From contig BOAV01000003.1 in the NCBI GenBank assembly GCA_026002045.1, forward strand, positions 5,064 to 69,063: 64,000 nt of DNA. The letters are read 5' to 3'. The notes below the pieces were generated by a model that was not told the DNA's origin, made no database searches, and saw only the letters and a program-made list of their open reading frames with translations. The translations under genes were made by a program, and so were the position numbers. This document shows positions 30,143-40,880 of this stretch, one piece after another. How positions within the stretch are numbered: position 1 is the stretch's first letter; each line of letters starts with the position of its first letter. Source of the stretch: Spirochaetia bacterium. Lineage in GTDB: Bacteria; Spirochaetota; Spirochaetia; Treponematales; Breznakiellaceae.

Positions 30143-31118
30143 GATGAGCATCCTCTGCCGCAAGCACACAGTGAACCTGATGACCGCCACCGAGATCGGT
30201 TCCCGCAGGAAAACTATTGCGGCATTGCTTCACAGCTTTACTGCAGCGGGGATTAAAGGGGCAGCCTGCGGGACGGCCCTCTTCAAGTGACGGCACCTTT
30301 CCGGGGATACTGGCCAATGGTTTACCCTTGCGCGTCCGGTCCGGAATGGAACCCAAAAGCCCTCGAGTGTATTCATGTACGGGATGGGTGAATACATCTT
30401 TTACCGCGCCTGATTCCACAATCTTCCCCGCATACATCACCAGCACCCGGTCACAGAGCCGGCTGATGACACTCAAGTCGTGGGAGATAAAAAGGATCGA
30501 GGTTCCCAATTCGGTGTTTATTTTTTTCAGAAGTTCTAATATCTGAACCTGAATGGTCACATCCAGCGCCGTGGTGGGCTCATCGGCGATGAGGAGTTTC
30601 GGTTTGCAGATCACCGCCAGGGCGATCATCACCCGCTGGCACATACCGCCGGAAAGCTGGTGGGGATATACGGAAAGGAGTTTTTCCGGATCGCTTAAGC
30701 CCAACTTTTCCATCAGATCAATAACTCTGCTGTGAATAAAAGGCTTGTCCTTTTCACCGTGGATGGTCAATGGCTCCGCAATCTGTGCGCCGATTTTGAG
30801 GAGGGGATTTAACGACGATTGGGGTTCCTGGAAGACCATGGAAAGATCATTACCCCGGATATGCTGCATTTCTTCGGGGGAAAGATTTGAAAGTTCAAGG
30901 TCATTAAAGCGGATGCTCCCCCCGGTACGCTCCGCGCCCTGGGACAGGAGCCCCGGAATGGAAAGGGCGGTAAGGCTTTTTCCGCAGCCCGATTCACCCA
31001 CGATCCCAACGATTTCCCCAGCCTCAACAGTAAAACTGATATTATCCACGGCGGATAAAATTTCTTTTCCCTTCCGAATGCCGATGGAAAGGTTTTTTAC
31101 TTCCAGTAGTGCTTCCAT
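30132..31118 (-). CDS. ABC transporter ATP-binding protein (OppD-like)
   Basis: GESGCGKS and LSGGMCQR. Start chosen at MEALLEVKNL, though the track ORF extends to 31175. Confidence 0.8.
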   Translation of the reverse strand: MEALLEVKNLSIGIRKGKEILSAVDNISFTVEAGEIVGIVGESGCGKSLTALSIPGLLSQGAERTGGSIRFNDLELSNLSPEEMQHIRGNDLSMVFQEPQSSLNPLLKIGAQIAEPLTIHGEKDKPFIHSRVIDLMEKLGLSDPEKLLSVYPHQLSGGMCQRVMIALAVICKPKLLIADEPTTALDVTIQVQILELLKKINTELGTSILFISHDLSVISRLCDRVLVMYAGKIVESGAVKDVFTHPVHEYTRGLLGSIPDRTRKGKPLASIPGKVPSLEEGRPAGCPFNPRCSKAVKQCRNSFPAGTDLGGGHQVHCVLAAEDAHHGA

Positions 31119-31128
31119 TTGCCGTACC

Positions 31129-31929
31129 CTACGCATACCGCTGACGGATTCCCTCGCCCAGATAATGAAAGGCAAGGACCGTCAACATGATCATGATCCC
31201 CGGCGCAAGGACACACCATGGGGCGTTAAAAAGAAAGTTCTGGGATTCGGAAAGCATCCGCCCCCAGCTCGGCACCGGGGGCTGAATTCCCAGGCCCAGG
31301 TAGCTCATGGTGGCCTCCGCGAGGATCGCGTTGGAAAGCCCCAGAATTGACGCGGAAAGCAGGGAAGGCAGTATGTTCGGCATGATATGCACAAAGATGA
31401 TCCGGATGTGGGAAACGCCCCACAGTTCCGCTGTTTTTACAAAGTCCCGGTGCTTGTACTGGAGCATGCCGCTGCGCATGATCCGCACAAAGCTGGGGAT
31501 GAACAGAATCAGCAGCGCCAGAATCAGTGTCGCCTCCCCGTTGTTTAACAGTGCCACCATCACCAGCGCAAGGAGTATGCCGGGGAAGGCGCTTAACGCG
31601 TCCATCAGGCGCATCACGATCTCGTCCAGGAATCCCCCGGCGTAACCGGAAACCAGCCCCAGCGCGGAACCCAGGGCGGCGCTTCCCGCCACGGTGATCA
31701 ACGCTGTCAGGAGGGTGTATTTGCCGCCGGTCATGATCCGGGAAAATACGTCCCTGCCGAAGTTGTCGGTTCCCAGCAGGTGTTTGAGGCCGGGGGGGAG
31801 GAAGCGGTTCCCGCTGTCCATGCCGTTGTAATCGTAGGGAAGGTAGAAGAGGCTCACCAGCACCATCCCCCCGATCAGCGCCGTGAGCACCGCGCCGATT
31901 TTGAAATCCGTTCCCCATGCTGTTTTCAT
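31129..31929 (-). CDS. ABC transporter permease (OppC/DppC-like)
   Basis: 266 aa membrane permease in the operon. Confidence 0.85.
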   Translation of the reverse strand: MKTAWGTDFKIGAVLTALIGGMVLVSLFYLPYDYNGMDSGNRFLPPGLKHLLGTDNFGRDVFSRIMTGGKYTLLTALITVAGSAALGSALGLVSGYAGGFLDEIVMRLMDALSAFPGILLALVMVALLNNGEATLILALLILFIPSFVRIMRSGMLQYKHRDFVKTAELWGVSHIRIIFVHIMPNILPSLLSASILGLSNAILAEATMSYLGLGIQPPVPSWGRMLSESQNFLFNAPWCVLAPGIMIMLTVLAFHYLGEGIRQRYA

Positions 31930-31933
31930 GGTT

Positions 31934-32878
31934 TTACCGTACCCGTATCCGGGGATCGATGCTCTGGATGGCGATATCCACCAGGGTGTTGGCCGCGATC
32001 ACGATAAAGGCGATGTACACCACCAGGGTCTGTACCATGGGGTAGTCCCGGCTGGTGATCGAAGCGATAAGGAGCCGGCCGATGCCGGGTATCGTAAAGA
32101 CCTGTTCAATCACGATGCTGCCCGAAAAAATCTCCCCGATGATCATCCCCAAAAGGGTGACCCCCGGAATGATCGCGTTTTTGAGCACATGGATGTAGAG
32201 GGTCCGCCGGGGGGAATTACCTTTGCTGTAGGCGGTCCGCACATAATCGCTGCGGAGCTGCTGAAACACCGATGCCCGCAAAAATTTCACCAGTATTGCT
32301 GCATTCGGTATGGCGATGGCAAGGGCGGGAAACACAAGGTAGCCAAGAAAACCGGCGGTATTAGTCCGGTAATCAACATAGGCGCCGGGGACGAACAGTT
32401 TTAGTATCAGGCCGAAGACCCAGATAAATAACACCGCGAGAAAAAAACCGGGAAAGGAAATATTTACCGCAGTTAAAGTGTTCATGCTGCGATCAAGGGC
32501 GGAGCCCTCTTTTTTAACCGACAGTAATACTGTGGGAATCGAAATAATCAGAATGAAGCCTAAAGCGATGCTTGCAAGGCTGAATGTCACCGGCAGTCGT
32601 TCTTTAATCATCCCGGAAATGGATGCCCCCCGGAAACGGGAGGAGTTCCCCAGGTTTCCGGTAAGGAAATTTTTGAGCCAGGCAAAGTACTGCACCGGGA
32701 GAGGCCGGTCAAGCCCCATCTCGGCGCGCAGCGCCGCTACCTGTTCATCGGTGGCCTCGGTCCCCAGGGCGAGCAGCGCCGGATCGCCGGGGATGATGTT
32801 GAAGGCCGCAAAGGTGAACACCGATACCAGAAACAGGGTTATCAGCGTTATAATCAGCCTTCTTCCGATAAAATACAA
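31934..32878 (-). CDS. ABC transporter permease (OppB/DppB-like)
   Basis: 314 aa membrane permease. Confidence 0.85.
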   Translation of the reverse strand: MYFIGRRLIITLITLFLVSVFTFAAFNIIPGDPALLALGTEATDEQVAALRAEMGLDRPLPVQYFAWLKNFLTGNLGNSSRFRGASISGMIKERLPVTFSLASIALGFILIISIPTVLLSVKKEGSALDRSMNTLTAVNISFPGFFLAVLFIWVFGLILKLFVPGAYVDYRTNTAGFLGYLVFPALAIAIPNAAILVKFLRASVFQQLRSDYVRTAYSKGNSPRRTLYIHVLKNAIIPGVTLLGMIIGEIFSGSIVIEQVFTIPGIGRLLIASITSRDYPMVQTLVVYIAFIVIAANTLVDIAIQSIDPRIRVR

Positions 32879-32887
32879 TGGGTCTCC

Positions 32888-34393
32888 TCAGTTTCGATAT
32901 ATCGTGGAGAAGTCAAACACATACAGGGGATAGTTTACCACCCCGCCGTAGCGGCCCTTTGGAAAGACCTTGAAACTCTGGATATCCTGAATATAGACAC
33001 TGGCGGCGGCATCGGAAATGGCCTTCTGCGCTTCCTGATAAAAAGCGGCCCGCCTGCGGTCATCGGTTTCCTTCTGGGCCGCATCGTAGGCCTTGTCATA
33101 GTCGGCGCTTTTAAAGCTGATAAAGTTGCTCCCGCTGCCGGAATGGTACCGGGAGAGGAAGCCCCGGGGCGAAACAGTGTTGGAGTCAAAGGAGATGATT
33201 GTGGCCTCGTACTTGCGGCCCCGGTAGATGTCGGAAAGCCATGTCGCCCAATCAACCAGGCGGATGGCGGCGCTGATGCCGGCCTTTGCAAGCTGGTTCA
33301 CCGCGACCTGGGCGGTATCAACGTGCATCGTATAATTTGAAGGGACCGTGATTTCCAGGTTAAAGCCCTTGGCGTAGCCCGCCTCTGCAAGGAGGGCCCT
33401 GGCCCGGTTCACATCAACCGGATAGGGGTTCGCCAAAGTTTTGTTGTAGTACGCGGTCAGCCCCGGAATGAGGGCGCTCCCCGAAGCATAGCCCCGGCCG
33501 TAAAAGGCGGTCTCGATGATCTCGTTCACGTCGATGGTGTAGTTAATGGCCTGCCGCACCCGGATATCGTCCAGGGGCTTGACGGCGTTGTTCAGGGCCA
33601 GAAGCTGCACCGAGTTGGAATTGCTTGCCACGATGTCGTACCGGTTGGTATCAATCTGTTCAAGCAGGGCGCCCGTGACCCCCGCGCCGTCGATGTTCCC
33701 CCCCTGCAGGCTGAGGAGCAGGGCGTCCGAATCTGCCGCAAAGACGAGGGTCACCTTGTCCAGTTTGGGAAGACTTGGGTTCCAGTAATCGGGGTTTTTT
33801 TTCAGCACCAGTGACTGCTGGGGGGTGTAGCTTTCGATGATGAAAGGCCCGGTCCCGATGGGGTTCTTCTCCCGATCGGCGTTACCCGCCGGCACAATCC
33901 CGATGGTGAGGTAGGTGAGGAATTCCGTGTCCGGCGCTTTCAGGGTGATCCTGATGTCCCGGCTGCCCGAGATTTCCACCTTTTCAATCTGGGTGAAGCC
34001 GGAAAACTTCGCTTCGATGGCCGCATTCAGGGCAAATTCCGCGTCCTTAACGGTGACAATGGACCCGTCGTGGAATTTGACCCCTTCCCGCAGGGTAAAG
34101 TTGTAAACAAGGCCGTTCTGCTCAATGGTCCAGCGTTCCGCAACGGCGCCTTGCATGTTCCCATCGGTATCGGGCTTTACCAGCCCTTCAAAGACATTAA
34201 AGAGGATGCTCCGGCCGTCCGCCGTGTTGGCGGCGCTTAAGGGGTCCAGGGTTGTGGGCTCGGAGGTAAAGCCGTAACGGAGTTCGGCAAGGCCCTTGTT
34301 TGCGGCCCCGGTGTCCCGCGCCGCCTTCCCGAAAAGGGCGGATGAAACCAGCATGAGCGCAAGCGCAGCGGCTGTCAATTTTTTTATATTCAT
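32888..34393 (-). CDS. ABC transporter substrate-binding protein, family 5
   Basis: 501 aa with a signal peptide. First gene of the minus-strand Opp/Dpp-type operon. Confidence 0.85.
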   Translation of the reverse strand: MNIKKLTAAALALMLVSSALFGKAARDTGAANKGLAELRYGFTSEPTTLDPLSAANTADGRSILFNVFEGLVKPDTDGNMQGAVAERWTIEQNGLVYNFTLREGVKFHDGSIVTVKDAEFALNAAIEAKFSGFTQIEKVEISGSRDIRITLKAPDTEFLTYLTIGIVPAGNADREKNPIGTGPFIIESYTPQQSLVLKKNPDYWNPSLPKLDKVTLVFAADSDALLLSLQGGNIDGAGVTGALLEQIDTNRYDIVASNSNSVQLLALNNAVKPLDDIRVRQAINYTIDVNEIIETAFYGRGYASGSALIPGLTAYYNKTLANPYPVDVNRARALLAEAGYAKGFNLEITVPSNYTMHVDTAQVAVNQLAKAGISAAIRLVDWATWLSDIYRGRKYEATIISFDSNTVSPRGFLSRYHSGSGSNFISFKSADYDKAYDAAQKETDDRRRAAFYQEAQKAISDAAASVYIQDIQSFKVFPKGRYGGVVNYPLYVFDFSTIYRN

Positions 34394-34499
34394 AAGTACT
34401 CCTTGTTGTACCGTCTGCTTCTATTATACTGAAGGAATCCCTCCCGGTTCAACGGCAGCGGCAATGGCTAATCCGCTCAATCCGTGGTAGATTAAACCC

Positions 34500-35444
34500 A
34501 TGAAGCGCCTGTTTCGGCTCCTTATCATCGTCTTTAGTATCCTCTCCCTGGGGGCGTTCCTCATTTCCTTCTATATGATAAGGAATCTGTACATACGCCA
34601 TTCTGCGGAGGGAAATGCCCCGCTGAATTATCATTTTTCCCTGTACCTGCCGGACAATCAAAATGCCTTCTTTACCGAGATTATCCGGGGGGCGGAACGG
34701 GCGGCGGCGGAGGCCAACGCGGCGATTTCAATTCATTCCATCGATCCCGGGAAGAATGAGCTGGAAATGGCCGCCTATACCGGGGTGGACGGGGTTATCG
34801 TCTGCCCCTATCTGGAAGATGCCCTGGCCCGCAGGCAGCTTGAAAAACTGGGTCAGATTCCGGTGGTGATCATCAACCACAATATCCCCAACGATCAGCC
34901 CTGGCCCTTTATCGGCGCCAATAACTTTGATATGGGCCGCAGGTTGGGGGCCGAAACGGGCAAGATTACCGATGGCCCCATACGGCTTGCCCTGGTTTAC
35001 AGCGATAAGGCACCGGGCATCTACGGTGAGCGGGAACTGGTGGAAATGGGCATCGCCAACGCCCTGGGGGACCGGCTTGAGGCGCCGATCCTGGAATACC
35101 GCACGAACCTGAACCCCCTGGACGCGGAGGCCCTGCTCTACCGGCTGCTGCCCCGGGCCGGTATCAATACCATCATCTTTACCGACGCCAACGATACCCT
35201 TGCCGCCGCCCAGACCCTCATTGATATGAACCTCGTGGGGCAGGTTCAGGTTATCGGATTCGGGGACGATCCGGGAATTCTGGAAAATATCAGGAAGGGG
35301 GTTATCGCCGCCACCGTGGTAACCAACCCTGAACGGATTGGCTACGAGGCGGTACGATCCCTGGCGGCCCTGCGGAGCACGGGATATACCTCCACCTCCA
35401 TTGATACGGGTATCGAGATTATCGACTGGTTGAACATACGATGA
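34500..35444 (+). CDS. membrane-anchored periplasmic sugar-binding protein (Peripla_BP type), sensor partner of the downstream LytS-type kinase (XylFII-like)
   Basis: N-terminal TM (LLIIVFSILSLGAFLISFYM) followed by a LacI/RbsB-type binding fold. It is immediately upstream of the HK/RR pair and overlaps neither. Confidence 0.65.
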   Translation: MKRLFRLLIIVFSILSLGAFLISFYMIRNLYIRHSAEGNAPLNYHFSLYLPDNQNAFFTEIIRGAERAAAEANAAISIHSIDPGKNELEMAAYTGVDGVIVCPYLEDALARRQLEKLGQIPVVIINHNIPNDQPWPFIGANNFDMGRRLGAETGKITDGPIRLALVYSDKAPGIYGERELVEMGIANALGDRLEAPILEYRTNLNPLDAEALLYRLLPRAGINTIIFTDANDTLAAAQTLIDMNLVGQVQVIGFGDDPGILENIRKGVIAATVVTNPERIGYEAVRSLAALRSTGYTSTSIDTGIEIIDWLNIR

Positions 35445-35454
35445 GGAGCCTGCA

Positions 35455-36966
35455 ATGAGGATGCCCCGCCGCATTTCCCGGTCCTTCCGGGTACAGATGC
35501 TGTTCAGCATATTCGGAGCATTTCTGCTGCTGGTACTCTCCACCGGCTATACCCTGGTCTCCACAAAAAATTTGCAAACCATTCTGAACAACAGTTTTGA
35601 ACAGGAACGGTTTATCAAATCCATACAGGAAGACCTCATCTCCTATCAGGCGCCGCTGCTGGATTACCTGTCTACCCGGTCTTCCAACGCCCTCTCGCGG
35701 ATACTTATCGACTCCCAGACCCTGCGGCGGAAAATTCCCGCCTATACCCCCATTACCGCTGACCGGGTGGAAATAAAAGAACGGGAACTTTACGCGCTGA
35801 TTCACTCTTACCTGAATCTGGCGGATGAAGCGATGGAGGCAAAACGGGGCAGAAACATTGCCGCCTATACCCGGATGTACGATGAAATGACAGGATTACT
35901 GTCATATATCAACACGGAAATTGAAGCAATCAGCATTGGGCGTTTCCGCAATCAGACCGATTCCTACGGCCTCTTTATCACCGGGGCGGGGACCGTTCAG
36001 TTTTGGAACCTTCTGTTTATTGTTTTTGTTTCGATCCTCGCAGTATTACTGCTCCTCATGTCCGTGGGACGGGTCACGGACCCCCTGGTGCGGCTTTCGG
36101 CCATGGCGGCGGAACTGTCGGCGGGACATTTCGATATCGAAGATATTACCACCGATGGGGTGCGGGAGACCGAACAGGTGGTGGACGCCTTTAACCGGAT
36201 GAAAAACGAAATCCGTAATTACATCGAAGAGATACACCTGCAGGAACACATCAAGGAAGAATATATGCAGGAACGGATGCGGAACATGAAGATGGAAGGA
36301 TTGGTGCGGCGCATGGAAATTTACGCCCTCCAGGCCCAGATGAACCCCCATTTTCTCTTCAACACCCTGAATACGGGGATGCAGCTTGCCATTGTGGAGG
36401 GGGCCGACCGGACCGGCGAATACATGGAGTACATGGCGAAACTGTTCCGGCATATCATCCGCAACAAGGAAATCATCGTGCCCCTGCGGCACGAAATTGA
36501 AGGGCTGGAGCTTTATTTTAGTATTCTGAAAGTGCGGTTCCCCAAAAATCTCGATTTGATGCTGGACTGCGACGAGACCCTGCTGGACACCCGCAAGGTT
36601 CCGGTATCACTTTTGCAGCCCCTGGTGGAAAACTGTATTATCCACGGCTTTAAAAATATCCCGGAGGCCCCCCGTTCGCTCATCATGGTCAGGGCGGAAC
36701 AGCAGGGGGGGCGGCTGATCCTCTCGGTCCGGGATAACGGCCAGGGCATGGATCGGGAAAGGATAGAAAAACTGCTCCATCCACAGTCTATCGACGAATC
36801 ATCCGCCTCCCGGGTCATGGGGCTTGAAAACGTTATCCAGCGGCTCTACTTTTTCTACCCCGATGATCCGGAGGTCATCTCCATTCAAAGCGGACAGGGG
36901 CCTCTACAGGGAACCGTTGTCATCATCAGTATTGATACCGGGAGGGCGCCGTGTATCGCGTTCTGA
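35455..36966 (+). CDS. sensor histidine kinase, LytS/YesM type (His_kinase PF06580 plus HATPase)
   Basis: Two TMs with a HAMP-like segment. The LQAQMNPHFLFNTLN box is the PF06580 hallmark. C-terminal HATPase. Confidence 0.85.
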   Translation: MRMPRRISRSFRVQMLFSIFGAFLLLVLSTGYTLVSTKNLQTILNNSFEQERFIKSIQEDLISYQAPLLDYLSTRSSNALSRILIDSQTLRRKIPAYTPITADRVEIKERELYALIHSYLNLADEAMEAKRGRNIAAYTRMYDEMTGLLSYINTEIEAISIGRFRNQTDSYGLFITGAGTVQFWNLLFIVFVSILAVLLLLMSVGRVTDPLVRLSAMAAELSAGHFDIEDITTDGVRETEQVVDAFNRMKNEIRNYIEEIHLQEHIKEEYMQERMRNMKMEGLVRRMEIYALQAQMNPHFLFNTLNTGMQLAIVEGADRTGEYMEYMAKLFRHIIRNKEIIVPLRHEIEGLELYFSILKVRFPKNLDLMLDCDETLLDTRKVPVSLLQPLVENCIIHGFKNIPEAPRSLIMVRAEQQGGRLILSVRDNGQGMDRERIEKLLHPQSIDESSASRVMGLENVIQRLYFFYPDDPEVISIQSGQGPLQGTVVIISIDTGRAPCIAF

Positions 36967-38420
36967 TTGTGGATGATGAGGAGCCGGTTCTGGACAGCTA
37001 TGAATTCATGCTGAAAAGCGCCAATAGTTTTACCCTTGCCGGAAAGGCCCGCACCGGGTATGACGCCTTAAAACTGATCAATGAACTGCAGCCCGATCTG
37101 GTATTCATGGACATCAACATACCCGGCAGGGACGGCCTTGCGGTAATCGCCGAGGTACACAAAAAATATGCCCCCATGGTGTTTATCCTTTCCACGGCCT
37201 ACGAGCGGTTCGATCTTGCCCAGCGGGCCATCCCCCTGGGTGTGTTTGAGTATCTGGTAAAGCCCGTATCAAAAAAAACCTTTTTCGCCGCATTGGAAAA
37301 AGTACGGGAACATCTGGACGCCCGTACCGCCGAACCGGAACAGGAGCCGGAAGGGGGGATACAGCGCTATTTACGGAAAACCATCTGGAAGGCGGCAGGG
37401 CAGGGGGAATGGGAACAGTACCGGGAAAAATTTGCCTTTCCTTCGGATAAGGGGATTGTCTGCATCCTGGAATTGGGGGAAGCGGCGGAAACCTATGGGA
37501 ATACGATCATGGAGAAACTGTCCCTGCGCTACCATTGCCGGCACGATTTTAACATGAACCAGCGGTTCTGCCTTATGCTGGGGGATATTGACCGGGACGA
37601 ACTTGAGGCTTGTGTAGAAAAGGTATGCCGGGAAACCCTTCCCGGAGAGGAATATGGTTACGGGATCGGCGGCTTGTACCACGGGAGCGAATTGTTCCAA
37701 TCCTGCGGCGAGGCCCTGGAGGACCTGCGCCGGAAGCTGAACGGGAACGGCGCCGGAGGATTGCAAAACCGTGAACAACAGCGGATTATCCAGCTTCGCC
37801 GGAAAACCGGTATCGCTCCTCCTGAAGAAACAGTAAAACTGTTCGATGATCTCTGGAAAGATATTTTCGGCTCCCGTGATTTTGCGGTGGCAAAGGCAAA
37901 GATGGTTTCGGTCTTTATGTTCCTCATGGACGATTGCACAGGCTGTTACAGCGGCCATGCCGAAGTTTCGCCGCCCTTTAACGCGGCGGAGGAGATCATG
38001 GCCCTGCCGGACCTTGCTGCGTGGGAAGGATGGGCCGCTTCCGCCTTTGAGCACATTCAGCGTCAGGCGAATCTCCGCCGTTCCGGGAGTTTCCCCCTGC
38101 CATTGGTAAAGGCCATCGAATACATCCATGACCATTATGCCGAAAGTATCCAGCTCTCCGATGCCGCCGATGCGGCCCAGGTTTCCGCCGCCTATTTAAG
38201 CCGCCTCTTTTCGGAACACCTGAAGGCCAATTTTATCGATTATATTACGGAACTTCGGATAGGACAGGCGGAAAAATTCATCCGGGAATCCCGGATGAAT
38301 ATCAAGGAAATCGCCTTCGCTGTGGGTTATCAGGACCCCAATTATTTCAGTAAAATTTTCAAGAAGATCACCGGATTGTCCCCCCGGACCTTTGGGGCGC
38401 GAGCGGAGGAGTCCGTATGA
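36951..38420 (+). CDS. response regulator with AraC-type HTH output (YesN-like)
   Basis: REC domain (VLIVDDEEPVLDS...DLVFMDINIPGRDGL) and a C-terminal AraC HTH (YLSRLFSEHL...IAFAVGYQDPNYFSKIFKK). GTG start overlaps the kinase stop. Confidence 0.85.
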   Translation: MYRVLIVDDEEPVLDSYEFMLKSANSFTLAGKARTGYDALKLINELQPDLVFMDINIPGRDGLAVIAEVHKKYAPMVFILSTAYERFDLAQRAIPLGVFEYLVKPVSKKTFFAALEKVREHLDARTAEPEQEPEGGIQRYLRKTIWKAAGQGEWEQYREKFAFPSDKGIVCILELGEAAETYGNTIMEKLSLRYHCRHDFNMNQRFCLMLGDIDRDELEACVEKVCRETLPGEEYGYGIGGLYHGSELFQSCGEALEDLRRKLNGNGAGGLQNREQQRIIQLRRKTGIAPPEETVKLFDDLWKDIFGSRDFAVAKAKMVSVFMFLMDDCTGCYSGHAEVSPPFNAAEEIMALPDLAAWEGWAASAFEHIQRQANLRRSGSFPLPLVKAIEYIHDHYAESIQLSDAADAAQVSAAYLSRLFSEHLKANFIDYITELRIGQAEKFIRESRMNIKEIAFAVGYQDPNYFSKIFKKITGLSPRTFGARAEESV

Positions 38421-39565
38421 AATCAGTGAATTTATTTTTAACCACGAACCACACGAACACCACGAACAAGGCCGATAAGGTTCTCAATCCCTTCGTGCTG
38501 TTCCTGTCCTTAGTGCTTATGTTTCTCTTTTCCTGTCAGGCAAAGAACCTTGTCCCTCCGCCCCCGGAGCCGGGCCGGCCATCTCCCGCAGCCGTACAGC
38601 CCCGGCAGTCGGGTACTGAAAAAAAGGTTACCATCGGCTTTTCCGTTGCCACGGCTACCTTTATCCTTGAACGGTGGAACAAGGACATGAAGATTTTTTC
38701 CGCTGCGGCGAAGGAACTGGGGGCCGATGTGCTGGTGCAGCTTTCCGCCGGAGGAATCCGGGAGCAGATAGCCCAGATAAACTATATGGTTACCCAGAAC
38801 ATCGATATCCTGGTGGTCATTGCCCACGATTCGGAACTGATCGCCGGGGCCGTTAAGCAGGTCCGGGACGCGGGAATCCCCGTCATCGCCTATGACCGGA
38901 TGATCCTGGGGACGCCCATTGACGCGTACATTTCCTTTGACAGCCGGGAGGTGGGCCGTCAATACGGGCGGGCGCTGATCAGCGCCGTTCCAAAGGGGAC
39001 CTACCTGGTGGCCAACGGCTCCCTTCACGATACAAACAGCTTTGACATCAACGAAGGACTGCACGAGATACTCGATCCCCATATTGCGGCGGGGAGCATC
39101 GAAATTGGGCGGGAGATCTGGCTTGAGGAATGGAGCTTTGACGAGGCCCTGGAGAAGATCGGCGCCGTCTTCGAGGAAACTACTGCCTTCGATGCCATCG
39201 CCTGCGGCAACGACGCCATCGCAAGTGCGGCGATTCAGCTCCTGTCCGAACGGCGTCTCGCCGGGAAGGTGGCGGTAGTCGGTCAGGACGCGGAACTGAT
39301 CAGCTGCCAGCACGTTGTCGAAGGGCTGCAGCTCATGACCGTGTATAAACCCATCGGCAAACTCGCCTCCCGGTCGGCCCGGCTCGCCATGGCCATCGCG
39401 ACACAGGAAGACTTCCCCCCCGACACCCTTTTGGAAAACAACAGCGGCGCACCGATACCTTCATATATAGAAAAACCGCTGGCAATTTATAAGGACAACA
39501 TGGATGCGGTTATTAAGGATGGGTTCCATTCCTATGAGGATGTGTACCGAAATAGTGATCTTTAG
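38417..39565 (+). CDS. sugar ABC transporter substrate-binding lipoprotein (XylF/RbsB-like, paralog 1)
   Basis: Peripla_BP fold (KKVTIGFSVAT..., IPVIAYDR). Lipobox LFSC. The unusual N-terminal region contains repeat-derived codons LTTNHTNTTNK. Confidence 0.7.
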   Translation: MKSVNLFLTTNHTNTTNKADKVLNPFVLFLSLVLMFLFSCQAKNLVPPPPEPGRPSPAAVQPRQSGTEKKVTIGFSVATATFILERWNKDMKIFSAAAKELGADVLVQLSAGGIREQIAQINYMVTQNIDILVVIAHDSELIAGAVKQVRDAGIPVIAYDRMILGTPIDAYISFDSREVGRQYGRALISAVPKGTYLVANGSLHDTNSFDINEGLHEILDPHIAAGSIEIGREIWLEEWSFDEALEKIGAVFEETTAFDAIACGNDAIASAAIQLLSERRLAGKVAVVGQDAELISCQHVVEGLQLMTVYKPIGKLASRSARLAMAIATQEDFPPDTLLENNSGAPIPSYIEKPLAIYKDNMDAVIKDGFHSYEDVYRNSDL

Positions 39566-39732
39566 CATTTTATTGACATCAAAATATTCTCTCATTACTC
39601 CGGCCAATGCGGCGCCGGCGGGGATAATTCCTTATTTTTGTCAAAACTTTACGATATGAAAAAACCATAGCTCCGGATAGTATTATTAATAAACACGTTG
39701 TGTTTAATTCAAGTTTATTATGGAGGAATTAA

Positions 39733-40872
39733 ATGAAGAAAATTTTAGCAGTAACACTGGTCCTTTGCATCGCGGCGGGCTTCGCCTTTGCCGGCGGGGG
39801 AAAAGCCGGCGGGAGCAGTGCATCCGGCGGTTCAACCTTTATCGGCATTGCCATGCCCGAGACCCATGTTCAGCGCTGGGTGAAAGATGGGGCTTCCCTC
39901 AAAAAGTTCGCCGAAGAAAAGGGCTACCGGGCCGAAACATCCTTTGGTGATGCGGACCAGAGTGTGCAGAACCGGCAGATCGAAGGCTTCCTGACCCAGG
40001 GCGCCAAGGTCCTCGTTATCGGCAGCGTCAATGAAGGGGTTATCTCCGCAGTGGCTTCCGCCGCACAGGACAAGGTGGCGGTCATCGCCTATGACCGGAT
40101 CATCTCCAACTCCGCCGACTATGACTACTACATCACCTTCAACAACTTCAAGGTCGGCCAGTTCCAGGGCCAGGGTATTGAGCAGGGGCTGAATTTGAAA
40201 GCCGCCACCGCCGCCAATCCCAAGTACATCACCCTCTTTGCGGGGTCCCCCACAGACGGCAACGCCTTCTTCTTCTATGACGGCGCCATGAGCGTCCTCA
40301 ACCCCTACATCGACAGCGGCGTCCTTAAAGTCGTGGGGCCCTATCCCAAGACCTCCAAAGATACCGCCAACTTCCAGCGGATCGCCACCGAAAACTGGTC
40401 CGGCCCCATTGCCAAGACCCGGATGGAAAACCTCCTGAACAACGATGCCCGGGATGTGGTGCTTGACGCGGTCCTCGCCCCCAATGATACCCTGGCGCGG
40501 GCCATCATCGAAGCCTGCCTTGCGGATGCCAAATATGCGGCGGCGGGTAAGCTCCCGGTGACAACCGGCCAGGACGCGGAAGCGGATTCAACCCTGTCCA
40601 TCAAAAACGGCCGGCAGTATATGACCGTATTCAAGGACACCACCAAACTGGCGGAAGCGGCCATTCTTCTGGCGGATCAGATCCTCAAGGGCCAGACCAT
40701 CAACATCCCCGGCGCCACCCTGGCTTCCGGTGATCTTCTCTCCATCGGCGATACCGGCAAGAAGGTGGTAAAGGCCTACCTGCTGGAACCCATCCTCGTA
40801 ACCAAAGACAACTGGCAGGTTCCTGTCCAGGCAGGTTTCTATACCCCTGAAGAAGAAGCCCGGCTCAAGTAA
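39733..40872 (+). CDS. sugar ABC transporter substrate-binding protein (XylF-like, paralog 2)
   Basis: Signal peptide (VLCIAAGFAFAGGG) and a Peripla_BP fold (TFIGIAMPE..., VIAYDR). Confidence 0.8.
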   Translation: MKKILAVTLVLCIAAGFAFAGGGKAGGSSASGGSTFIGIAMPETHVQRWVKDGASLKKFAEEKGYRAETSFGDADQSVQNRQIEGFLTQGAKVLVIGSVNEGVISAVASAAQDKVAVIAYDRIISNSADYDYYITFNNFKVGQFQGQGIEQGLNLKAATAANPKYITLFAGSPTDGNAFFFYDGAMSVLNPYIDSGVLKVVGPYPKTSKDTANFQRIATENWSGPIAKTRMENLLNNDARDVVLDAVLAPNDTLARAIIEACLADAKYAAAGKLPVTTGQDAEADSTLSIKNGRQYMTVFKDTTKLAEAAILLADQILKGQTINIPGATLASGDLLSIGDTGKKVVKAYLLEPILVTKDNWQVPVQAGFYTPEEEARLK

Positions 40873-40880
40873 GATTTTTT

